From the sequence record NC_031120.1: 64,000 nt of DNA; one strand, written 5' to 3'. The notes beneath the pieces are model-generated. The model was not told the origin of the DNA and searched no databases. It saw only the letters and a program-made list of their open reading frames with translations. Both the position numbers and the translations under genes were made by a program. The first letter of the stretch is position 1. Every line of letters starts with the position of its first letter. Below, piece after piece: positions 18,920 to 26,506 of this stretch.

Positions 18920-19951
18920 ATGCATCAGTATCACGAACTCTTACAGCAGGTGCTCAGTATCGGCCACGACAAAGCTGACCGTACCGGCACAGGCACTACG
19001 TCCTATCTCGGCGCACAGATGCGCTTCGATCTGCAAGACGGATTCCCGCTGGTCACCACGAAGAAACTCCATCTGCGTTCCATCATTCATGAACTGCTGT
19101 GGTTCCTCAACGGGGACACCAACATCAAGTACCTGAATGACAACGGTGTCTCTATCTGGAACGAGTGGGCGAACGAACTCGGTAACCTGGGGCCGGTTTA
19201 CGGTAAGCAGTGGCGTGAATGGTTAGACACTAAACTCATTGTGGCTGCTGACGTCGCCACAGCTAATCGTCTTGCCAGTAAGGGCTACGTTCTGGTTGGG
19301 CATGTTCCAAATCCTGGCAACGGGCCGACACTTGCCGTTTGGCAGAAAGGCCATGACCAGATTTCTAAAGTTCTTGACCAGCTGCGCAACGATCCTGATA
19401 ACCGCCGTATCATTGTATCGGCCTGGAACGTCGGCGAGCTAGACGATATGGCGTTAGCTCCATGCCATGCTTTCTTCCAGTTTTACACCCATGAGCTGTC
19501 ATTAGAGGAGCGGGTGAATTGGGCAGAAGATAACGATAACGAACTCTGGTCTGATTATGTCCACAACACGCACGTACCCGCACCTAAGCGATTAGAGTGG
19601 TTGGATAAAGCCAACGTGCCAACCCGTATGTTGTCTTGTCAGCTGTATCAGCGTAGTGCGGATATGTTCCTCGGTGTACCGTTCAACATCGCGTCTTACG
19701 CATTGCTGATTCACATGGTGGCGCAACAGGTTAACATGGTACCGGGCGAGTTCGTTTGGACTGGCGGTGACGTCCACATCTACTCCAATCACATGGAACA
19801 GGTAGAAGAACAGCTGTCTCGTAAACCGAAAGCGTTGCCGACGCTGGTTATCAAACGCAAACCGGACAGTATCTTCGATTACAAATTCGAAGACTTCGAA
19901 CTGGTAGGCTACGATCCGCATCCGGCGATTAAAGCCCCGGTGGCTATTTAA
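18920..19951 (+). CDS. thyA: Thymidylate synthase
   Basis: [63 protein letters not shown]; start moved to 18920. Confidence 0.98.
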   Translation: MHQYHELLQQVLSIGHDKADRTGTGTTSYLGAQMRFDLQDGFPLVTTKKLHLRSIIHELLWFLNGDTNIKYLNDNGVSIWNEWANELGNLGPVYGKQWREWLDTKLIVAADVATANRLASKGYVLVGHVPNPGNGPTLAVWQKGHDQISKVLDQLRNDPDNRRIIVSAWNVGELDDMALAPCHAFFQFYTHELSLEERVNWAEDNDNELWSDYVHNTHVPAPKRLEWLDKANVPTRMLSCQLYQRSADMFLGVPFNIASYALLIHMVAQQVNMVPGEFVWTGGDVHIYSNHMEQVEEQLSRKPKALPTLVIKRKPDSIFDYKFEDFELVGYDPHPAIKAPVAI

Positions 19952-19960
19952 GGAGACCCC

Positions 19961-20422
19961 ATGAGTAACGTGCTGCCGTTCCAACCAAAGAAGTTAGCGG
20001 ATGCTGAGATTTGGATTCCGGGGATTAACGGCACGGAGCCAAAGGTTTTTACGGTACCGCCAACTGATATGTACTGGTGGGCACTGATACTTGACCGTAT
20101 CAGTAGCTTTAGTCGGACGTTCGAAGGTTGTGTTTACTTCTACTCCGATCCCTACGGTTTCATGAACGAATGTTATTCACGTCGCACAAAGTTACTGGAA
20201 ATCGAAGTAACACGGGCTAATCTGACAAACATTCTGAAAGCCATGCCGTACACGTACGTTAGCAGCCTCAGTGGGTTGCTGAACGACGACGATTACGACC
20301 TGGTGCATGACAATGCGCTTATGCATCTGGGCGATGACCTTAACCTGGTTTACGATGTAGGGTTGTTTATTACCCCAACGGACAGACCAGGCACTTTTAA
20401 AATCACTTACGTGGAAATCTAA
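19961..20422 (+). CDS. Hypothetical protein
   Basis: AAGGAG RBS, 153 aa. Confidence 0.8.
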   Translation: MSNVLPFQPKKLADAEIWIPGINGTEPKVFTVPPTDMYWWALILDRISSFSRTFEGCVYFYSDPYGFMNECYSRRTKLLEIEVTRANLTNILKAMPYTYVSSLSGLLNDDDYDLVHDNALMHLGDDLNLVYDVGLFITPTDRPGTFKITYVEI

Positions 20423-21241
20423 ATGAACAAACTCTTTTGGTTCACCGACTGCGCTTACGCTACCCCGATGCAACCGTATTTCTTTGGCGCAGTAGGCGCA
20501 CGCGATATGGCCCACGTTTACGCATTGCTGGGTACCAACAAAATCGATACGTTGGAGCTGGGCGAAACCACGTACGAAGGCCAAATCACTTGTGGTGAAG
20601 CCATCCGTCAGCTCGAGCCGCGCACCTTCAACGATCCACGTAAGACCACCGTGCAGGTTTATCAGGTAAACGAAGGCGTTGACCTGACCGAACGTAAAGC
20701 GTACATCGCTGACCTGCTGCAACGTCAATACGGCTGGACGCCGGAGTCTATCGTGATTCACATGGACCGCTTAGATCTTATTCCGGGTGAGTGTGCCAGC
20801 AGCGGTACGCAGATGTGGCGTGCCTGGGCAAACGTAGAAACCATCGCAGACCCACTGCCGCTGTTCATCACCTTTGAGCACGGGGCGGATGATGTGAACT
20901 TCACGCCAACAGGTGAAACCGTGGAGTACGAGTACAACATCATCGTCGACAAACCACTGACGCCAACATGGCACATGGTTGACCTGCTGGAAGAAGCCGA
21001 ACTGCTGGAACTGTTCCCAGAAGCGGCCTTCGTGTGTCGTAAAGCCACCATGTCCTCTGTCGCCGTAGAAGGCTGGGCGCAAGTGGATGAAGTCTACGGT
21101 AACCACACCGTAACCCTGTGGCTCAATCCTGACTGGAAAGAGCTGCAAGAAAAGGCCGTTGCCCTGATCGTTGCTGAAGCTAAAATGCAGCAGGAAGCAA
21201 ACGATACCGCGGCACTCAACCTCCCTGAAATCAACGCATAA
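20423..21241 (+). CDS. Hypothetical protein
   Basis: Abuts previous stop; N-terminal domain shared with 22868..23704. Confidence 0.8.
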   Translation: MNKLFWFTDCAYATPMQPYFFGAVGARDMAHVYALLGTNKIDTLELGETTYEGQITCGEAIRQLEPRTFNDPRKTTVQVYQVNEGVDLTERKAYIADLLQRQYGWTPESIVIHMDRLDLIPGECASSGTQMWRAWANVETIADPLPLFITFEHGADDVNFTPTGETVEYEYNIIVDKPLTPTWHMVDLLEEAELLELFPEAAFVCRKATMSSVAVEGWAQVDEVYGNHTVTLWLNPDWKELQEKAVALIVAEAKMQQEANDTAALNLPEINA

Positions 21242-21251
21242 GGTGTATACA

Positions 21252-21704
21252 GTGTCTAAGACCCAAATCAATTACGATCTTGTGGTGAAAGAGCTGTCCA
21301 AAGGACTCATCGCTTTGGACTCTGACGTGGCTAAGCAATGTAACATGTTGCCACATATCGCGCTCAGTGAGTTCCGTACTATTCGCTATGGCGCGGGTCG
21401 TCAGAAAGGCGTGACGGAGTTTGTGACCAAGTTGGCCGGGGAACATCAAGGGCCGGTTTTAGTCTTAACTCACGCGACGCCGTTACGCGATGAGTTCATA
21501 TTCCGGGTCGAAGGTAACTATCCCGGTAAAAACAATATCACATCGTTAAGTGGGTATTTCCCGGAGAATTGGCGAGCTGAGAAATTTAGTCTCGTCGTTA
21601 TCGATGAAGCTGGTTTCTTCTTTAAGAAGTTCGGCTACGACAAAATGTATCGCAGCCTGGCAACCCAGACGACCGACGATGTGGTCATTCATTTAATTAA
21701 TTGA
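21252..21704 (+). CDS. Small single-domain P-loop NTPase-like protein
   Basis: GTG start with AAGGTG RBS; YGAGRQKGVT (RQxGKT-like, Lys to Val) and LVVIDEA Walker B. Confidence 0.6.
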   Translation: MSKTQINYDLVVKELSKGLIALDSDVAKQCNMLPHIALSEFRTIRYGAGRQKGVTEFVTKLAGEHQGPVLVLTHATPLRDEFIFRVEGNYPGKNNITSLSGYFPENWRAEKFSLVVIDEAGFFFKKFGYDKMYRSLATQTTDDVVIHLIN

Positions 21705-21711
21705 GGAAGTT

Positions 21712-21867
21712 ATGGAAAAGCAAGTTATTGAAAAACAAGACACCAATACCCTGGACGATATGTTTGGTGGCGATATCCCGGGCTTAGATCCGGATGTCGG
21801 TGTAGAGGGTGGCGTTGACCCGTCGAAAGAAGACGACAACTGCACCGGCGGTGCTTGCAAAATTTAA
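21712..21867 (+). CDS. 51-aa acidic peptide ending in an NrdA-type redox tail (DDNCTGGACKI)
   Basis: Below the ORF-track cutoff; GAGGA RBS, ATG 21712, TAA 21865-67, then a terminator. Translation MEKQVIEKQDTNTLDDMFGGDIPGLDPDVGVEGGVDPSKEDDNCTGGACKI. Confidence 0.85.
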   Translation: MEKQVIEKQDTNTLDDMFGGDIPGLDPDVGVEGGVDPSKEDDNCTGGACKI

Positions 21868-21874
21868 CGTATCT

Positions 21875-21911
21875 GGGTGTCCTTATGGACACCCCCTTTC
21901 TCTTTTTTTTA
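21875..21911 (+). terminator. Intrinsic terminator
   Basis: GGGTGTCC-TTAT-GGACACCC plus T-rich tail. Confidence 0.8.
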
Positions 21912-21930
21912 TTTCAAGGATTAATAAATC

Positions 21931-22842
21931 ATGGGCGAACAATTTGCCATTCAAATTCCGTACAACATCATCATTAACCCGAACGATCACTTAGAACAAG
22001 TTAACAAACTGTTGGCCGGGTTCTGTAAACGGCAGTTTGTCAAAGAGTGGGCGTTTGAAGTGCTGTACGCATTGAGCATTAACAGCGAAACTGGCGCAAC
22101 CCGCGTGGAGGGTAAAGTGAAGACCGAAGACGGTCGTCTGGAAATTAATGACTTTGAGATGCCGTGGGTGTTGTCCGGGGTTGAATTCAAAGGCACCGTT
22201 AACCATCCCCGCTACATCCGTCTGTTCCAGGTGAAGCAATGTATTGAAAACGTACTGGGCTGGTCACAGGCACGCGGTATTCTCGAGAACGGTAAATGGA
22301 CTACGCAGGTTACCAAATTCTACGAAGAAGACGGTGAAGCGGCAACCGGTATCAGCAAGACCAAAAAGCGTCTGATCATGGACGGTATTGGTGACGCGTT
22401 GGTCGTATTGGTTAACGTACTGGCGCTGACCAAGTTTGGTGCAGAAACAATTAACGACATGCTGGTCGAAGCGCGTGCGCGTATTGAGAACAACGTGCCG
22501 TTCGGTGACGCTCACCGCCTGTTCCACAAAATGCGTTTGGAATTTACCCAGGCGAACGATGCCTTCTATCAGGGTGAAGACTGGCGTATGCGCAACGATG
22601 TCTCTGTAGAAGATCAGCCGGAACTACCCGCTATCTTCTTGATGGATGTGGAAGCCCGTGTGGTCAACGGCCTGTGGTATATGGAAGCCTTGGCGCGTGC
22701 TTACGAAGTCACGATCGAGCAGTGCTTCTCATTGGCCTGGGACGAAATCAAAGACCGTCGTGGCTTCCTGAACGCTGATGGCATCTTCGTCAAAGAAGCT
22801 GATATGACCGAAGAACAGAAAGCCGCACAGGCTACCGCTTAA
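21931..22842 (+). CDS. mazG: MazG-like NTP pyrophosphohydrolase with N-terminal extension
   Basis: W..ARGI...Q..K..EEDGE...G...I.DGIGD.LVVL core and C-terminal AWDEIKDRRG...GIFVKE typical of phage MazG-like proteins. Confidence 0.8.
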   Translation: MGEQFAIQIPYNIIINPNDHLEQVNKLLAGFCKRQFVKEWAFEVLYALSINSETGATRVEGKVKTEDGRLEINDFEMPWVLSGVEFKGTVNHPRYIRLFQVKQCIENVLGWSQARGILENGKWTTQVTKFYEEDGEAATGISKTKKRLIMDGIGDALVVLVNVLALTKFGAETINDMLVEARARIENNVPFGDAHRLFHKMRLEFTQANDAFYQGEDWRMRNDVSVEDQPELPAIFLMDVEARVVNGLWYMEALARAYEVTIEQCFSLAWDEIKDRRGFLNADGIFVKEADMTEEQKAAQATA

Positions 22843-22867
22843 CCCCTAACTCTTGCAGGAGAGTAAC

Positions 22868-23704
22868 ATGAATCTATTCCTCGTAACGGACGAGTTCAAT
22901 AAATCCGCCATGGAGACCTCGTTCAGAGCAACCGTGATTGCAAAGGATGAAAACTCTGCACGCTGGTTGGTGAGTCAACGCAGTTCCACATTCCAGATTA
23001 AGGAAGTGGCTGCCGCGGCTGCATTTTGCATTGCCGAAATTGCACACGAGGAAGAAGGTGTCTTAACCATCGTCCACAGTAGCGGGGCACAACTGCTGTC
23101 CCGTTCACAGTTCAAACAACCGGACGTGTCCGAAGACATCTTCTACGAAATCGATATTCTGGAAGCGGCAAAGCACGAGATTCCGAATCTGCCAAACACA
23201 GAAGTCGTATGGTTCGCGGTAAAGAACCAGCCGAAGTATCTGATGCGCCGCACCGTACTGCGTACCGATACGCCTAATCCTACTGTGCCAGGAAAATACA
23301 GCCAGCTGTATGTCGCGCAACAGTTCTTCCTGAATGACCAGCCAGCCAAATGGCCGTGGCGTTATACGCCAGCGGGACGTGAGTATAAAACGCAGTTCTA
23401 CGATCTGACTCACGCCAGTATTCTGGAAATCCGTGCGTCTATTCTGCGTAACGCAAATACGTTGCCAGACGGACTGGTAGCTGAAGAGCTGCTGAAAAAG
23501 CTGTGGACGTTTGTACGGACAGAAAAAGGGGAAGGGGCGGTCGAAATCAAAGACCTGCAATTCTACCCGGGCCAAAAACTTTACTGGCATCAAACCGAAG
23601 CCTGTGAATGGGCCATGACCTTGCCACAGATTATCGCCGGTGAGTTATGCCTTAATGGTGAGCTTGCCAGCGATATTCCGAACACCAACTGTCAAACTTT
23701 CTAA
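22868..23704 (+). CDS. Hypothetical protein
   Basis: GGAGAG RBS before ATG 22868. Confidence 0.8.
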   Translation: MNLFLVTDEFNKSAMETSFRATVIAKDENSARWLVSQRSSTFQIKEVAAAAAFCIAEIAHEEEGVLTIVHSSGAQLLSRSQFKQPDVSEDIFYEIDILEAAKHEIPNLPNTEVVWFAVKNQPKYLMRRTVLRTDTPNPTVPGKYSQLYVAQQFFLNDQPAKWPWRYTPAGREYKTQFYDLTHASILEIRASILRNANTLPDGLVAEELLKKLWTFVRTEKGEGAVEIKDLQFYPGQKLYWHQTEACEWAMTLPQIIAGELCLNGELASDIPNTNCQTF

Positions 23705-23713
23705 GGCGGTAAC

Positions 23714-24229
23714 ATGTTCAATGTCGATATTAGCTACGGCACGATAAAATCCGGGCTGTATGCCATTAACGTTAATGGCCATAACGTGGCCAATGTGGAT
23801 GAGCGTACTGCGAACCTGTGGCGTATCGTGTCTGATGCTGACCAGGTTTTCGTCAGTGACGATATGGCACTGAACACCGACCGGGAACCACTGGTGTTGG
23901 TACGCTTCCGTCTTCAGCAGCAAGAGATGGAAGTTTTCCTTAAAGCGGTGGCCTACGATTACGATGGCCACACCGAAGGACCGATGCATATGGGTTGGGA
24001 TGAGATTGACCCTAGTCTGCGTCGTGTGTTCCGCCATGGGGCAGACACTATCGTGGAATCGGTAACGTGGGAGTTGGACGCCAATGACCATTATCCGAAA
24101 GGGCAGCCTATCATCATTATCCATCCGGAGAAGAAAGGTGGGACACCGTATGACGATACCCCGTTCATTGAGCTGTACTACGTAATCCTCGATGAGCAGT
24201 CGCCTGTCGTTGAACCGATCGACGAATAA
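23714..24229 (+). CDS. Hypothetical protein
   Basis: AAGG RBS, 171 aa. Confidence 0.8.
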   Translation: MFNVDISYGTIKSGLYAINVNGHNVANVDERTANLWRIVSDADQVFVSDDMALNTDREPLVLVRFRLQQQEMEVFLKAVAYDYDGHTEGPMHMGWDEIDPSLRRVFRHGADTIVESVTWELDANDHYPKGQPIIIIHPEKKGGTPYDDTPFIELYYVILDEQSPVVEPIDE

Positions 24230-24235
24230 AATAAA

Positions 24236-24277
24236 AGGTACCACCTACCCGCTGGGGTAGGTGGCCTTTCTTTTTTT
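24236..24277. terminator. Bidirectional intrinsic terminator
   Basis: CCACCTACCC/GGGTAGGTGG stem flanked by A- and T-tracts between convergent genes. Confidence 0.85.
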
Positions 24278-24279
24278 TG

Positions 24280-26460
24280 CTATCGTTGCGTACCGCTGAA
24301 CGCCGTAAAGATATTCGCGGCCACGCGTGCCGGTGGCAAGTCGAAGAACTTGTTCATCATCGCACCTTGAGACCAGGCCGATTTCCAGGATTGGTACTGC
24401 GCGTTCCCGTTCATAATCGCACGGGAAATCCCGGAGGTACGTTCGTGCAAGGTTGCTGCACCCAGCACCGCCATGAACTCAGAGAACTTGTTGTCGTCAT
24501 CGAACACGCTCTGGTCGGTTACAATCGGCATGTACATGACCCGCGACAAATCACGAATGGTAACGTTGATGTCACACGACAGTGGTACACCGTCAACACG
24601 CCAACCCATACCGCCGACCCCGAAGTTGAAGCTCACGTTAGTCACCATGGCATTACGCATGGAGTAACGACCGCGAGAGTACGCCTCGAGATAGAACGGG
24701 TGGGTGAACGATTGTTTACCGGTTGCCAGTGGGCAGACAGCCGCTAACCAGAACGAGAGAGGCAGAATCAAGTCCTGGAACACGTCCAGGTCGCCGCCTG
24801 ACCAACAGCGCAGCGGGATGGTCAACGAGATATCGTCACCGGAGGTATCGGAGGAATCCCACACTTCCGGGAAGTCAATCACCGAGGAGTTGTACAGCGA
24901 CACGATACCAGACAGATGAAGGAAGTCCAGAGCCCCGGTAAAGGCGGATTTCAGGCCGGTAATCAAACCATCTACCGCATCAAAGCCGGTCACACCACCC
25001 GACAGATTCACCTCCAACGAACGGGCTTTCTGGGTCATGGCGTTAACCGTGCCCGAGATTTCCGGTTCTTTAGTGTTGTTGCTGAAGCTGCGGTTCACGG
25101 TATCACGGCCGTTAATCTTCCAGGTCACCCACTGTGAGCCGTTGTTCAGTTCGGACATGAACTGCTCACCCACACCCTCGCCAATCTTCGAGAATTCATC
25201 GAACATGGTACCGAAGGTTTCTTTCTGCCCCTCATTCATCCAGTTCTGAATCTTCCCGACGTCACGGGCTGTGGCCTCGCCGTTGTCATCACCGTTGGCC
25301 GCATCATTCGCCATCTGGGCTTTCAGCTGCTTTTCTTGCAACTCAGCTTCAGAGGTGAAGTTCTTCTCGGTTCCCCCGGCCTGGTCAGCTTTGACGAAGT
25401 TGCCCGTCATCTGATCCACAGCCGCCGCTTCCATCGTGTCTGGGTCAACCTTCGCTTCGTAGCCTTTCGATTTCTTGATGACATCTTCCAGGCGGGAGAG
25501 CGAGATTTCCATTTGCGCCGAACGTTTCAGGTGCACATCGCTGTACAGCATCTCCTTGTAATACTGCTGGATTTTGCTGTTCATCTCGGCTTCGTTCGCC
25601 GAGTCAGCCTGTATCTCCTGAAGACGCGCCGCCTGATAGTTCGCCAGCACGCTGTAGCGGTTAATCATGCGGTAGACATCAAATTCCCCGTTGGCTTTCC
25701 AGATATCTGGCAACATGCCGTAGACATCCTTTCGCTCCGCGTTGTATTTGTTGGCTTTATCCTCAATACTGCCCGGGAGGTTGAACATCCCCAGAATGCC
25801 AGTCGGTACCAGACGACGGTAGAGCAACTGGGTATTGACGATATTCTGCACCGCACGCAAGTACAGGTTCATGGTCGGCTTCACGTAGTAGTAGCGTGAG
25901 GCTTCTTTGTTCAGCACCATCTTCATGATACGTGGGGTAATCATGATCAGTGCAAAAGCAGCGGTACCTACCGTCGCCCAGATAGCAGCGGCAGCGGTCC
26001 AGCCTGCCAGCTCACGCACCACGCCCGGGTAGTCACCGGTACGGGCCAGGTAAGCCAGCTTCGAGTCGTACATGTTCGCAAAGAACGCCGCCACCCCGAG
26101 GTAGCGCGGTTTACCAAAGCGACAATGCAGATAGAAGGCGTTTTGTTCAATGGACTCCCAGTAGTACGCACCTTGACGGTACGACCCTTGACCACGGAAC
26201 GATTCGAACCACGCGGTGTTCTGGTCGCCTGCCGGACGACTCTCCGGTGTGGCAATGGCCCCCGTAATCGGTGGGTCGGCAAAGAACGTAAACTGCGGTG
26301 GTGCATTCAACGCCATGTTACCGCCTACCGTGGTATCGGCAAAGCTTAGCACGGCATTGGAGTACGTACGCAAGTTCACAAATCGGGTGTCACGCGGGAG
26401 TTTCATACCGCCGAACAGGCCGTTCACCCACGTTACATCATTTAACGAACGTGCATCCAC
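24280..26460 (-). CDS. Virion baseplate/tail-tip protein (phiKZ gp182-like)
   Basis: 726 aa; directly downstream of the tail lysozyme/tape-measure gene, as in phiKZ-like phages (recall). Confidence 0.7.
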   Translation of the reverse strand: MDARSLNDVTWVNGLFGGMKLPRDTRFVNLRTYSNAVLSFADTTVGGNMALNAPPQFTFFADPPITGAIATPESRPAGDQNTAWFESFRGQGSYRQGAYYWESIEQNAFYLHCRFGKPRYLGVAAFFANMYDSKLAYLARTGDYPGVVRELAGWTAAAAIWATVGTAAFALIMITPRIMKMVLNKEASRYYYVKPTMNLYLRAVQNIVNTQLLYRRLVPTGILGMFNLPGSIEDKANKYNAERKDVYGMLPDIWKANGEFDVYRMINRYSVLANYQAARLQEIQADSANEAEMNSKIQQYYKEMLYSDVHLKRSAQMEISLSRLEDVIKKSKGYEAKVDPDTMEAAAVDQMTGNFVKADQAGGTEKNFTSEAELQEKQLKAQMANDAANGDDNGEATARDVGKIQNWMNEGQKETFGTMFDEFSKIGEGVGEQFMSELNNGSQWVTWKINGRDTVNRSFSNNTKEPEISGTVNAMTQKARSLEVNLSGGVTGFDAVDGLITGLKSAFTGALDFLHLSGIVSLYNSSVIDFPEVWDSSDTSGDDISLTIPLRCWSGGDLDVFQDLILPLSFWLAAVCPLATGKQSFTHPFYLEAYSRGRYSMRNAMVTNVSFNFGVGGMGWRVDGVPLSCDINVTIRDLSRVMYMPIVTDQSVFDDDNKFSEFMAVLGAATLHERTSGISRAIMNGNAQYQSWKSAWSQGAMMNKFFDLPPARVAANIFTAFSGTQR

Positions 26461-26506
26461 GATAACCTCACTTTAAAGAAGAGGGGGAGTTGCCTCCCCC
26501 TTTGAG

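Noticed and set aside
21748-21783. DDMFGGDIP in the 51-aa peptide resembling the SSB C-terminal MDFDDDIPF
   Set aside because: SSB-tail function needs a free terminal Phe; here the motif is internal and ends in Gly.
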